A stretch of 58,016 bases of DNA, the filler included, from Sphacelaria rigidula (taxonomy: Eukaryota): assembly GCA_964200075.2 (NCBI GenBank). It is 6 parts of 6 records of this genome, joined end to end, with 100 filler letters (N's around TTAATTAATTAA, not from the genome) between each part and the next. Parts side by side here need not be neighbours in the genome. Positions count along the whole stretch, not along the records: positions 19,374 to 28,959 come from CAXNAA020008149.1; positions 29,060 to 38,645 come from CAXNAA020008150.1; 4 more parts are not named here. The stretch is one strand, 5' to 3'. The notes under the pieces were generated by a model. The model made no database searches. It saw only the letters and a program-made list of their open reading frames with translations, and was not told the DNA's origin. Position 1 is the stretch's first letter, and each line of letters opens with the position of its first letter. The translations under genes and the position numbers were made by a program. This document shows positions 22,168 to 34,159 of this stretch, piece after piece.

Positions 22168-22364
22168 CTGTCACCGAGAAGCTCCTTCTTTCGGCGGATC
22201 TCTCTCTCCTTCTCCCTTTGCTTCTCCCGCTCGAACTCATCGTCGCTATCATCGGACGACGATAACGGCTCCTCCGGGGGAATCCACCACGGACCATCGG
22301 GCGTCATCTGAAACGGTCGAGAGAGCCACCGGTCTTCTCGATCTCCCATGGCCAGCGAAAAGAC
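22168..22364 (-). CDS. U2SURP: U2SURP/SR140 exon downstream of the SURP domain
   Basis: Acceptor ttgcag|GTC, donor AG|gtgtgt. VFSLAMGDREDRWLSRPFQMTPDGPWWIPP matches the SR140 pattern YSxxxGDxxxxWxxxxFxMxxxGxxWxPP. Confidence 0.88.
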
Positions 22365-22457
22365 CTGCAACCAACGCGAACAATCATCACGGCGGCAAAA
22401 GCTCGAGAAATTCAGAGTATTCAAGAGTCGGACGGGTCATCGCTGGTTTGAACCATC

Positions 22458-22830
22458 ACATCTACGATTTCTATCACTTCTACGATTTTTATTAAATGTA
22501 CGATTTTTACTAAATCTACGATTTTTACTAAATTTACGATTTCTATCAAATCTACGATTTCTATCAAATCTACGATGTCTATCAAATCTACGATGTCTAT
22601 CAAATCTACGATGTCTATCAAATCTACGATTTCTATCAAATCTACGATTTCTATCAAATCTACGATTTCTATCAAATCTACGCTTCCATCAAATCTACGA
22701 TTTCTATCAAATCTACGATTTCTAATATGTCTAGGATTCCGATCAGATCTACGACTTCTCTCAGATCTACGATTTCTATTAAGTCTAGGATTCCGATCAG
22801 ATCTACGATTTCTATCAAATCTACGATTCT
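22458..22830. repeat. 18-bp minisatellite (aaatctacgatttctatc, about 21 units) inside a MITE family B copy
   Basis: Read directly; it produces the spurious LRFLSN, IEIVDL and SIKSTM periodic ORFs. Confidence 0.95.
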
Positions 22831-23502
22831 TGAGGTCCATCACTGGAAAGAGAGAGAAAATAAAAATAAAATTTTGACCGCGAGTAAAAACAAACGTCTC
22901 TGTGGTACACACGAATTTTGAGCAATGTCACGTACGTGTCTAGGGTGCGCGTACTATACCTGGCGTGCAGTGCAACGCTGAAAACAAGGCCAGCCCAAGG
23001 ATTGATTGATTGATTTTGTACGGTACGAATCAACTACACAAAAAGTAGGTACTTTTCAGACGAATTATACTGTTCATCTTACCGTTACAGTACTTCGACC
23101 GTTTTTTTCCATCTTTGCCGACAGCAACAGTTTGTTTCCCCCTATTTTTTTTCAGCGATTGTTTCAGTTAAGTTCTTGTTTCGGTCAGGTACGTCGATCT
23201 TATGGATAATAACCACAACTAGATCCCTGCGGGATCAGCTCGAGTGCGACAATCGAAATAAATTATTGCTATTAATATTATCATTGTTATTTCCGCACAT
23301 TAGCCCGATCTCGCGAACCCGTGGTCACAGACGTAGGCTCGAAATAAAACAACAAATCAATGAGTCAATGAATCACCAAATCACCAAATCAACAAGTCGA
23401 TATTTTTAATGAATTAATTAACCAATGGATCACTCACTCCCCCTCTCACTCACGCACTCCCTCAACCGACCAATGAACTGTCATACAGTTGAGTACGGGT
23501 AC

Positions 23503-23589
23503 CTTCCAGCGGTAGTACTGCCCCTCCTTCGACTCGTAGTCGAACAGAAATGAGAAGTCCGGGTTGTGTGCCTCGCGGTCCAAGAGCCG
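23503..23589 (-). CDS. U2SURP: U2SURP/SR140 exon, second half of the SURP (SWAP) domain
   Basis: Acceptor ccag|CGG, donor AAG|gtaccc, 87 nt. Encodes RLLDREAHNPDFSFLFDYESKEGQYYRWK, matching the SURP consensus NPxFxFL...YYRWK. Confidence 0.9.
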
Positions 23590-24249
23590 CTGGATAATAA
23601 CAAACAGCAGCAAAGAGAGAAAATGCAAAAAGAGAGAAGAGATGAATCAACTGTACACCACCAGTCAAAGCTTTTTTTTCCAAACAAAAATCCGATTTTG
23701 GGAGTTGATACAATCGTGAAATGCATCTACCGAGGAGAGCAGCTGGATTACGACACAACAGACACATACGCCAGCACCCGCATTTATCTCACCTGGGGTG
23801 GATCATATGTTGTACACTCTGGACAATGACAACAGACAACATTAGCAAACAAACTGTACTGCGTACAGCACCGAAATGTTCATCTATCGTATTCGACAAT
23901 AGATTCGATGATGCTACGCAGTACACTTTTCATCACAACAGCGTTGTCTATTATCATTCTCCGATGTCGTTTCTTTCTGTTCTTTTTTGTCCGTTCATTT
24001 ATTTCTTCCGTCCTATTTTGTGCGCCTTATTAGTCCTTTTCTACTTCTTGTGTTTTCTGTTTTTTCTTGTCCTTCCGCGAGCGTTACAGCCTTTTCAACT
24101 CTTGCGTACGTCCATCACACGACCACGGCTGGACCCCTGTGAGGTCAGTAAAAGTGCGACAATCAAATCAAAACAAAACAAAATCAAAATCAAACGTGGT
24201 GATACGTTGCCGAAGCGCTTGGGAGGAAAACACCGTTGTACTCGATGAC

Positions 24250-24600
24250 AACCCGTTTTATCGTCGTGTTCAGGAAGCGAACAGTTTACCCATTGAACCA
24301 GTGAACGCATACTGGGTCAATGAGTAAACTGCTCGCTTCCTGAACAAAATATATGCTTTGTAGTCCATTCCGGCATGACACTTCAGTGATCTCCGGGACT
24401 CTTTGCCCCTTGCAAGTTTAACCGTTCATCACATGTCAAATCCATTCCTTCCACAAACGGTCATGCCACGGGACTCGAACCGCATATTTTTTGTTCAAGA
24501 AGCGAACAGTTAACATTGATCCAGTAACCGCTCACCGGTTCAATGGGTAAACTACCTGTTCGCTTGCTCAACACATCGGCAATGTCGAGACGGGCTATTT
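24250..24600. repeat. Nested palindromic (double-hairpin) MITE-like element
   Basis: Hairpins of about 80 nt at 24267-24346 and 24492-24573 are related to each other, and their inner flanks are also inverted copies. Confidence 0.8.
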
Positions 24601-24789
24601 GTTCCGAGTCCGTCCCCGAAATACTGTAGCCAAAATGGCCGAATTTTCACCAAATTTGGGACACACGATTTTCTTGACAAAAAGTGAATTGCTTTCAGCA
24701 TAGAACCCATTGCCTATTGCAATATACGCAACAGTCAATACTCTACGGTGTACACTTTTCGAAAGTCTAATCTTTGGTCCAGGATGTGA

Positions 24790-25285
24790 TTTTTAGTACG
24801 AGCTGAGCCAGCAGTAAATCCAGCATTCGCTTTCCGCACCACAATTCTCAAGTTTTTCAAATCAGCGCGACTCGAGCATATTACTGTGAGGTGCAGACCA
24901 ACCTGGTAACACACGGCACCGCCGCTGAGTTGAAAAAAAAAGAAAAAAAATATACTGCATAATATACCACCTGAACGAAAGACGAAGAAAAAAGAGAATA
25001 TGTCGGGATTCGAACTCATGACCTCCATAATTGGAGTTTCCTGTATCACTTGAATCAAGGGGGGCGCGGCCGTGTCACACGAAAAGTGCGATGCCACGCT
25101 CATTTTGAGGTATTTTGACAGAAACTCTACCAGAATGTCATTGACGCGAGTGCTCGCACTTCCAATAGTGTTACGCGGGTTCATGATAAAAATGTCGTGT
25201 CAAAATTTCAGCGTCCACCTCTTCGAGTGAGCAATGGCATCTCCACTCTTCGTTGAAAAATCACTGTCAGCTGGCCCAGCTCTTA
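24790..25285 (-). mobile_element. Dispersed repeat family C (about 500 bp) with an internal tRNA-like B box; second copy at 36278-36320 plus 37739-38297
   Basis: Both copies share gtgcagaccaacctggtaacacacggcaccgccgctga, gtcgggattcgaactcatg.cctccataattggagt and aatcactgtcagctggcccagctc. Confidence 0.8.
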
Positions 25286-25361
25286 GACCTCCAAGGGTTA
25301 ACCAACCGAGTAGTGGAGATATCGTGGATTTGGTGATTCGAACCGGCGATGATTCGTCCGA

Positions 25362-25458
25362 ACCGTGATCTATGGTCAATATTCATGGTGTGGAACCGTG
25401 ACCTATTGTCATCATTATCCAGGGTGTAGAACCGTGACCTATTGTCATTATCCAGCCA
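25362..25458. repeat. About 33-36-bp tandem repeat, 3 units
   Basis: aaccgtgaYctat(t/g)gtca occurs three times. Confidence 0.75.
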
Positions 25459-25562
25459 ATCGGACCTCGGAGCCCGACTGGAGAAAATGCCAAGGGTGTG
25501 TATTGTAGGGTGTTCTCTACTGGTTGAAATTCCGGTATTTACCCAAGTACAGACACTACATT

Positions 25563-25901
25563 CGGTCGCCCCGTTAGCTCAGTTGGTAATCTCGAAACCG
25601 TCCGACGGTTGGGTCGTGGGTTCAAATCTCGGAGCGATCTGGGATTTTTCCTCACACAATACCGACCAGGGGAGAGCCACTATGTCGTGGGTACACAAAA
25701 TTCGACTTGGCGGTCGACGAGTTGAAGGGACTGCTGAACCCCTCTCGCGATAAAAAATAAAGGCAAGCACCGCAGGAGGAAGGTGGAGTACCATTAAAAA
25801 CTCCTGTGTTTGGCCTTCCTCCTGTGTGACCCCGGCTGGTACGCCCATAAATACCGAAAGGTGTAGACCGGCGTCCAGAATAGATGAGACGACAACACAC
25901 A
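25563..25901 (+). mobile_element. SINE family A, full length
   Basis: A box tagctcagttgg, B box ggttcaaatc, tail gacgacaacacaca. Confidence 0.85.
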
Positions 25902-26634
25902 GGGTATTTTCACTCATTGGAAAATACCATCCTGAACGACGCCGGATTGTTCGGAGCAAGGCTCGATACCCTGACCGACAATACCGGAATACCCGCTGCA
26001 TATTTTTCGGTGTACAGGGACAAGAACCTCGATCCCAAGCTCATGAGAGTATGCCGGCGCGTGCACTGCGCTAAGTTGACATGCGTTTCTAGTGGGTCCA
26101 ACTCCTACACTGCTATGGGCAAAGCTTTCCCAACACCCGAGGCGCGTTCCCCATATGATCGCTGAGTGAGGTGATCTAGCCGACCCTACGGGTATCGACA
26201 CACGAATCCGTTTATTGCGAGAATAGTCTTAGGTGAGATTTCTTCGTTCCTTCAAGGAAGGAAGGAAGAAGAAAAAAAAATCCCGGATAAGAATGACTAA
26301 AGTCACGATTCTTTGGCCTGATTGCCCAAAAGGGAGGGAAAAGTTGATCGCTGGTCCAAGGGGTATCCACGCAACTTTCGCGCCATTCCACGTGTCTGGG
26401 CTGCGTATACCTGTGCTGCAACGCTGAAATTAAGCCTAGGGATTGATTCGTCACGAGTCGAATCAAGTATACCGAAACCAAGTAATTTCCAGACGAATCA
26501 TTATTTATCCGACCCTTAAAAAAAAATCAAATACAGCAACATGCGCAGCGGTGTTACGTCTGTCAATGAAACTGTTTGCGTACATGGGGTGCCTGTCCAT
26601 TTGGTCCCCAAGAAAACGTGGTCAAATTACTCAC

Positions 26635-26715
26635 CTGCTCGAATGGTTGGCCGTCCTTGGCTACGTACCGTGCGGTCCGGTCCACTATGTACCGCCTCTC
26701 CTTGTTTTCCGGTAG
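26635..26715 (-). CDS. U2SURP: U2SURP/SR140 exon, first half of the SURP domain
   Basis: Acceptor cacag|CTA, donor CAG|gtgagt, 81 nt. Encodes LPENKERRYIVDRTARYVAKDGQPFEQ (SURP consensus IDxxAxxVxxxGxxFE). Confidence 0.9.
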
Positions 26716-26840
26716 CTGTGCGGAGGGAGAGCACGGGCAACAACAGTGGAAAATAAAAGCAAAAACGAACACTCAAGAGGCGAAGACAATTCAAAAGAGG
26801 TACGAAACGCGAGCAAGAAAGTGAAGGGATGACAATATAA

Positions 26841-27450
26841 GCCGGTCGCCCCGGTGGCTCAGTTGGTGATCTCGAAACCTTCTGACGGTTGGATCGTGGG
26901 TTTGAATGTCCGAGCGACCTAGGATTATTTCTCACACAATGATTGGTCGCCCCGGTGGCTCAGTTGGTAACCTCGAAAACTTGTGACAGTTGGGTCGTGG
27001 GTTCAAATCTCGGAGCGATCTGGGACTTCTCTCACACCATGCCCAACATGGAGGGCGACGATGTCGTGGGTACGCAAAATTCAACTTGATGGTCGACGAG
27101 GGAAAGGGACTGCTGAACCCCCCTCGATAAGAAATAAAGGCAAGCACCACAGAAGGAAGGTGGGGTACTGTACTAAAAACAGACAAGAAGAGAAAAGCTC
27201 CTGTGTTGACCTTCCTCCTGTGTGACCCCCGCTGGTGCGCCCACATATCCCGAAAGGTGTAGACCGGCGTCCAGAATAAATGGGACGACAACACACAACA
27301 CACACACACAATGCTCAACAGTGGAGAACGACGCTATCGTGGATCCACTAAAATTCGACTTCATGGTCGACGAGGGAAAGAGACTGCTGAACCCATCTCG
27401 CGGTGAAAAAAAGATAACTGCCGCAGAAGAAAGGCGGAGGACTCTTTGAA
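26841..27450 (+). mobile_element. SINE family A cluster: head (26841-26940), full copy (26944-27311) and body fragment (27312-27450), probably one SINE nested in another
   Basis: Two consecutive heads ggtcgccccggtggctcagttggt; the body resumes at atgctcaacagtggag after the CA-rich tail. Confidence 0.85.
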
Positions 27451-27475
27451 ACAAAAAAAGGAGAAAAAAGCATGG

Positions 27476-27610
27476 CTCTTCACGTTACACGTTACACGTT
27501 ACACGTTACACGTTACGTCACAAATGTGACATATAAAAAAATATGTTACGTCACAACATGGGTTTTCACCGGTACGTTACGTTACGTCACACTTGTGACG
27601 TATTCAAGAG
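27476..27610. repeat. Short element with (CACGTTA)n and inverted tacgtcacaa/ttgtgacgta motifs
   Basis: cacgtta x5 at 27481-27515; ends gctcttca and tcaagagt. Confidence 0.55.
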
Positions 27611-28057
27611 TAGAGGGCAAATGAACGCTACGTACGACGTTGCAAGGTTTCATGTACCGCAACTTGGTACGGGAGGTTCAAGGTGGCTACCTTGTTCGAG
27701 CATGAGGCGCGTTCTGCTCGCTATTTTGGCATGTAAGAATGTGTTTCAGCTAGTGTATCGCTCATGCGTCCTTGACTCACACGTTGCAATTTCAAGTAAA
27801 TGCATAAGTACGTTATTGATGCACGATAATCAGATAGTGAGATACCAAGATGCGCGCAGGCCATGGTGTACACATAAAAACGCAAGTATGTACAGATTAT
27901 ACGTTGGTGATACCTGGTAGTCGGGTGGCATTTCGTAGGATACCCAACACATAGCAATCCGATTCTGTATTGTTATAATTATTTGCTTCCTCAGCAGGGC
28001 GTGTATGCAGAAGATCTATATAATATATAATACACATAAACTGATGATCCGGTACGA

Positions 28058-28363
28058 AACCAGCCGGGGTCACACAGGAGGAACGCCAACACACGAGTTT
28101 CATCTCTCTTTTCATTTTTAGTTCTCCACCTTTGATTTGCGGTGCTTACCTTTTTTTTTTTTCATTACCGCGCGCGAGGTTCAGCAGTCCGTTTTCCTTT
28201 ATCGACCATCAAGTCGAATTTTGTCTACCCACGACATATTCGCTCTCCACTCTTACTGTTGAGCAATGTGTGAGGAAAAATCCCAGATCGCTCCGAGATT
28301 CGAACCTATGACCCAACCGTCAAAAGGTTTCGCGGTTACCGACTGAGCCACCGGGGTGACCGG
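28058..28363 (-). mobile_element. SINE family A, reverse orientation
   Basis: Reverse complement of the head (ccggtcaccccggtggctcagtcggt...ggttcgaatctcggagcgatctggga) and of the body. Confidence 0.85.
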
Positions 28364-28426
28364 TACAATATACACCGAAAGACACAAGGCCACAGGCCAC
28401 AGGCCAAAGGTACAAGGCACACGCAC

Positions 28427-28565
28427 CTCCACCTCAATCTTGGTGTCCCCCCTCCGGGGGCCATCCCTGTCTCTTTCCCTGCGCCTGCTGCGGTCTGGGG
28501 AGCGGCTGCTACTACGTCGCCTGCGGTCCCTGTCTCGAGAGTCACTGCGGTCGCGTCCACGCCCA
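28427..28565 (-). CDS. U2SURP: U2SURP/SR140 exon, RS/RD-rich linker before the SURP domain (acceptor less certain)
   Basis: Encodes GRGRDRSDSRDRDRRRRSSSRSPDRSRRRERDRDGPRRGDTKIEVE. The phase-0 donor GAG|gtgcgt joins LPENK to give IEVELP, compared with SR140 VKVVIP. Confidence 0.75.
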
Positions 28566-28959
28566 CTTCGCCCCCCACCCGATTGTTTTAGTATCGACAC
28601 GAGAAGGGGATGGGAGAGCGCGAAGCAACGAAAAAAAAAAAATGTCATATTTCCTCCGCAGATATACATGTATGCATGCTGATTTTTTTTCAACAAGATA
28701 AGAGGGTAGATGACGAAAGTCACAAAACGCCCGCTAGGTGTTCAAGATTGATTATTGATGATTGATGATTGGTGAAACACCGGTCCTCGGCATGGCCGAG
28801 GCGTCTTCTGCACCGTGTGTAGTGACACCACGGTCGTCCAACTGCCGCAGCCTCCTCTGCTGTAGTGGGTTCCTCACAACTTAAGGGGAGGAGGGGGGGG
28901 GGGCGTACTCATTTGTTGCTTGCCTTAGTCATTTGACCATTGACCACGCATCCCTTTCG

Positions 28960-29059
28960 NNNNNNNNNNNNNNNNNNNNNNNNNNNNNNNNNNNNNNNNN
29001 NNNTTAATTAATTAANNNNNNNNNNNNNNNNNNNNNNNNNNNNNNNNNNNNNNNNNNNN
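28960..29059. other. Artificial contig-joining spacer
   Basis: N44-TTAATTAATTAA-N44. Confidence 0.98.
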
Positions 29060-31402
29060 TGGTTTTTTCGTTCGTTTCTTTCTTGTTTTGGTGGTCCTCT
29101 GGTCTTTGGCTCCCGGGCCTGCGCCCCGTGGGGGGGGGGGGGGGGGGGGGGGAGGATTTGATTCCACGAAAGACAGGGGCTTACAGGTGTGTCAGACGAC
29201 CTAACACACTTGCGGTGCGCTTGTATTTGGGAAAAAACGGCGTCAAGCAATATGAATTAGTTTTATTTATCAGTAACAAGCGCGTTCGACCAACCGGTGC
29301 TGCTTTCAGCGACGATTTGAGCCGGGGCTCCGTGGAATTAATGGTCCAAAAGACGCCCTTCCCCCCCCCCCCGCTCCCTCCCCCCTCCCTATCGCAGCAT
29401 CACTCTTCCGTGACCTGAAACTAGGTATGCCTAGGGATTTTTCGTAGATCTAATGCCCCTAGATCGAGTGGACATTTCACCGACTCTGTACGCCCTCTGC
29501 GCTCGGCGTATGTATCATTTTGCCTCAACTTTGTACTCATAATCTTGCATGCCGTAGTCATGTGACCATTGATCTCGCATCTCCACAAAGCCGGAACGGC
29601 GCACGCCCGGTTTCCGTCGGACCAGGCTCGACTTTGGGGTGATGAAGCCATCATAAAAAAGAAACACTTTCCCTCAGCGCTATGGGCGTACAGAGTGGGC
29701 GAATGTCGCTGAAGACGTATCAACGCAATCGAGGAGCAATAGGAGTAGGCCGAGAGAAACATCATTGGCCATAGCCCATTCTTAGATCTAGACGAGGGGA
29801 AAGCGTCATGATGAGGTTCACCTCGTCGAAACGTTTGAACCTCATTTTCGAAAAAAAAACTCTGACTATCTCTTCGTACGAGTAGTATTGAAAAAACAGC
29901 GCGCAGAGGGCTTGTAATTACGCACGAAAATAGTAGAAGGACTTCCTGAGACTGAACAAAGTGGATATATCCCCTCGTGTGGACAAAATGCGGAGGACAG
30001 CCGAAACCTCATCGCCCTGCGATAGTGCTCGCGGCGTGAGGGGGGGGGGGGGGGGGGGGGGGGACCTCCATACTACGGGTGATGCGATACATGACTCGTA
30101 GTACGGTATCCAGGAATAGGAGCTTCGACCATAGACATTGACGAGCATGTGAGGGGTGGTATGTAATACGCTGAAGTGCAACCCTGCCCTCCTTGATCGA
30201 TTGTGCACAAAAAGTTTCCCGACCGTCGACGGGGGTGTAAGATGATGAGTAGGGGGTTCTTCCTCTTCTTATCTTGCACACTTGCCTTTGCCGCGAAAAA
30301 ACATATATTTGTCATGTGTGTTGTAACTGTCTGTCCGTGCCGCGAAACCACGCATGCATGTTTTATGTCTATACATAACGCATCCTTGGGAGGGGTCGAA
30401 GCCAGGGCGCACGGAATGGGGGAGACGGTTATTTACGTAACCCAATACGCGGAGAAAGTGCTCTCACTCTGCATGGTGTTGCTTGTTACGCAAGCAATCG
30501 ACGCGTAGCCATAAGCAGTAGTACCGCAGATGCCACAATAATATATATATATATATATGTGTGTACACAAGACGTGTAAGACACGCAATACGAGGTCAAC
30601 CGAGCAGGAGCAGGGACAAAGTTAGAGCTAGAGCTGGACCTAGAGTAATTGCTGGTGACGTGTCGTCGCTTTCTGGTGGACATTGGATTTCGGTACAGTA
30701 ATAGAGCGGCTCTTTGCAGAATCAATCAGTCACTCGCTTGCCAAAAAGACGGCGACGGTGACCTCTACACGCGCAAGCCAGAACCAATCGCCAATCAGCA
30801 TTATTCACACACACGTGCGCATATAAGCGCGCACATCGAGCACAGTGCCATGTGTGCCTGTTGAGATGGAGGATGGGCCGCATTGCCGGCGCAGCCTTTC
30901 AAACACAAGATTCAGATCTATCTATACACCATGTCTCCGACAAAAACAATACCATAAGAAGAGTATATTCATGCGTATTCATTCTCACCGCCGACAGAGG
31001 GACCGATTGCAAAATACACGCGCGGAGAATTCTCGCTGTGACCACAAAATGCGCCTGACGTGGTTTTATTCTATTTTGCATCCGCTATGAAAAAGTACGT
31101 GTGCAATAACCCTTGAACAACAAGAGCGGTCCGTCAACGAACATTCGGTTCGGCGGAAGTAAATTCCGATGTTGTGATGGCGGCATCACCCGGGCATCAC
31201 CCCCGCCGGTGGTTTGACGACGAATGAGAAGTTTAGGGGAAGAAAATATGGAATTTTCGTGAGACCACAACGGCTGAGAGGCAAATAGTTGGTCTCCTTG
31301 TAGTGCTTGCGTTCATTACTGTTAGCCAAGGAGTCTTAGATACAGTACCCCCAGCTCAGTACCGAATGCTACATTAGTCAACACTTAGATAGGAGCTTAT
31401 CT

Positions 31403-31404
<2 letters not shown>

Positions 31405-31443
<39 letters not shown>
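31405..31443. repeat. (GT)n microsatellite
   Basis: About 19 GT units. Confidence 0.95.
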
Positions 31444-31445
<2 letters not shown>

Positions 31446-33114
31446 CGTTTTTTGTTCTATGCAGCAACGGATAGAACTCGAGCGAGGACAAGCTCCCGTT
31501 GATGTCAAGTGGGTCCTTCATAGTGAAGCCGTGACGACTTATCCAACAACGCATTATCAAGCTCCAGCAACAATGTTTTCATCCGTATGTGCCCTGGAAA
31601 TATAAACTCAAACTTCGAAGGGAGTTGTATCATTGAGTACCAATATCAGCGCACGCTGACGCACGATTCGGACCACTCGCAAAGGACGCTCCGTCCCTCC
31701 TCAACAAACGCTCATGAAAGTGCTTCCCGTTTCCACTTCCTACATCTTCAGGGTGTATCGTGCACAGAGGCAGTCTCTGGCCGCTGTCACTGGTCGGCAA
31801 ACTCGTTCCACGAGAACTGCAAGACAGTAGTGGGTACGAGGGCATATCAGGTCCGACAGGTGTGTGGAAATGAAATTGGTTGTATATGGCTAAAACAAAA
31901 CATGTAAAAGGGAAATCGAAGGAACTTTGATCGCACTTTTGTGGTCGGCAAAATGTTGTGCCGATCACCCTCACCCGCTTTGGGCGTGTGTTGGTTTCGA
32001 TGGAAGAACTTCTTCTAATATTTCTTCTGAGACAGACCGCGGACGGCGGGGAAACATCGGCTCTAAGTGAGTATAGTTGCGTGGCTCTGCCTTCATTTTA
32101 TCTTCCGAAGATAGTAAGATCCCGCACTATTGAAAAAGCCTGTCTATTGAGGAGCCGTTATCGGGGGGAATTTTACTGTAGTATATACTCATGGAAATGT
32201 GACACAGTCAGTCGGTATCGATGTCCTCGACGACGTCGCAAGGATCCCAAGGCGTTGTTCAAGGCAACCAAGTGGGGAGCTTCGGCATGGCCGGGCCCGG
32301 GGGATAACTCCCGTACTGCAGCACCTACCGCATCGTCGTTGTATCATTTTTGATCATGCGAAGTCCTTGTTAGTAACTGCATCGGCGAAGATTTTACACG
32401 CGTGCGTACGCGCCGCTGGATTTGCAGCCCACATCGACGAAGAGGCGTGCGGGTAGTTGCGTGTGGGCATAAATAAAAGATGGTGACAGGCGAATTACCA
32501 CCTAGGGTAGTACTGACAACCTTTCATCAACTCGAATGTCTAGTATTCAAATGAGGATGGAAACTCAGAAAATTGGATACCCTGATCCATTCATCGGGGG
32601 GAGGTGTTTCTTGGGGGATACGTCGCCGAACCAGTCGAGGAGCCACTCGAATGGAATCTCTCAGGCACTGGATGGCTCCAACCCATATACTACTGTATTT
32701 TGTGTCATGGCCTCGTCAAGCAGCAGAAATCTAGAACTCCAGATTTTCAGATTGATTTGATCGATTGATCATCTGACATTATTAGCGGAATACAACAACG
32801 AGCAATGCTACGGTAGGGGTGCATTTTTTGCGCAAAATCTTGTCCAGTTCAGGGGCTCCTAAAGGTTCTGGATGCACAAGAATATGATGAGTCAGGGCAT
32901 CCACGTTTGCAGATTCATTCAGGACACCCTAGCACATTGGAATAGTAATCCTGGCGTGCTCTCACATATTTCGTAAGTCGTGTTTTGCATGAGATAAAGG
33001 GCTCCTAACAGTTCTAACCTCAGATAATATTTGTGCACCCCTACCGTAGCATCACTCTAGTCCAACCCGTGGCCAGGAGCAGCAAAATAAAGTCAGGAAC
33101 AGTTTTACGCCCAA

Positions 33115-33300
33115 AAAACCTCTCCAGGTCTTATACGCTTTCTGTAGTAGCTTGCCATTGAAGCCTCTGATATCGCTGAGTAGGATTTCGTCGTGTAGCC
33201 GTAAGCGTGCAACAAAGACCGAAACATTGGTCAAGTTAGAGCGAATAATGAAACTCGCTCTCAATAAATGCTCGACACCCAATCTGGCGAAAATGTTTTT
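33115..33300 (+). repeat. Dispersed repeat; related copy at ~41320-41540
   Basis: Shared ccaggtc.ta.ac.ctt..tgtagtagctt.cca..tgaagcctctgat and gaaaca.tgg.caag.ta. Confidence 0.65.
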
Positions 33301-34159
33301 CACTGCTGCTGTGGTCTGCATTGCACAAACTCCTCCACGACCCCCCCCCCTGCCCTCCAACCAATAACCATCTACAAAGAAAGGCGAGCAAAAGGCGAAA
33401 CAGCTAAGGCAGCGTCGTCATCGCCGTGTACATTTTCAGTTCACGTGCGTATGCAAGTACGTACAGCAATTTTGCCACTTTTCCACACCCTACGCGGGCA
33501 TCAATCGCTCGTGTTGTCAAGCTGCTTCTACCGTGCAAAATCGGCGATGTGGTAACGAAAGCACGATCGCAAACTGTTAGATTCACGAAGACGACAACGA
33601 CGTTACCTTCTTTATGATACAGGTATCAATGGGCTGCCTGTGAGGTCTGGGTTTGAAACTGCTTGTGCCATCACATGTCCCCTCCAATTCAGGTTTACAT
33701 TCGTACTCCTCTTTTACTATCGTTGGTGGAAAACACCCCATCTCCGTTGCCTTTAAAAAAGGCGCGAAGCAGCTTGTGCTCTCTCAACGTGCTACCAGAG
33801 GTGTCAAGTGTTCTGTCAACCCTTGAAATTACATCCGCCTCTTCCAACGCATGGTGCGTCTATGTCGCGATGACACATCTCCTGACATAAGAGCCTTGCT
33901 GGGTGACGCCTGTGCCACCGTTTGAACACTGACCTGTCTTCATCAGAGGAACTTCACCATTTTCACCATATATGGTCCAGGCCGGGAAACAAGTCTGCGG
34001 CGCTGGCCAGGGAAAACAAGGGGGGCTCATCGAGGGGCTTTCGTTCACAGTACTCATTTTTTTGTTTATTAGAGGAAATTCACCATTAGACCACTCAGTC
34101 AGCGCTGACTGACTGAGAGGTGTACTACTGAAGTTCCTCTGATCAAGAATCTGCGCTTT

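Noticed and set aside
22348-22921. Periodic ORFs (LRFLSN, IEIVDL, SIKSTM) resembling repeat proteins
   Set aside because: They are translations of an intronic 18-bp minisatellite.
25563-25640. tRNA genes at SINE heads
   Set aside because: The cloverleaves are degenerate and differ among copies, and each is fused to the same ~280-nt body, so they are SINEs rather than functional tRNAs.
20868-28565. Functional link between the phytochrome and U2SURP (the Arabidopsis orthologue RRC1 acts in phyB signalling)
   Set aside because: They lie on different, artificially joined contigs, so the proximity is coincidental.
28787-28860. Possible additional upstream U2SURP exon
   Set aside because: Splice sites are plausible but the donor is weak and the peptide has no recognisable similarity.
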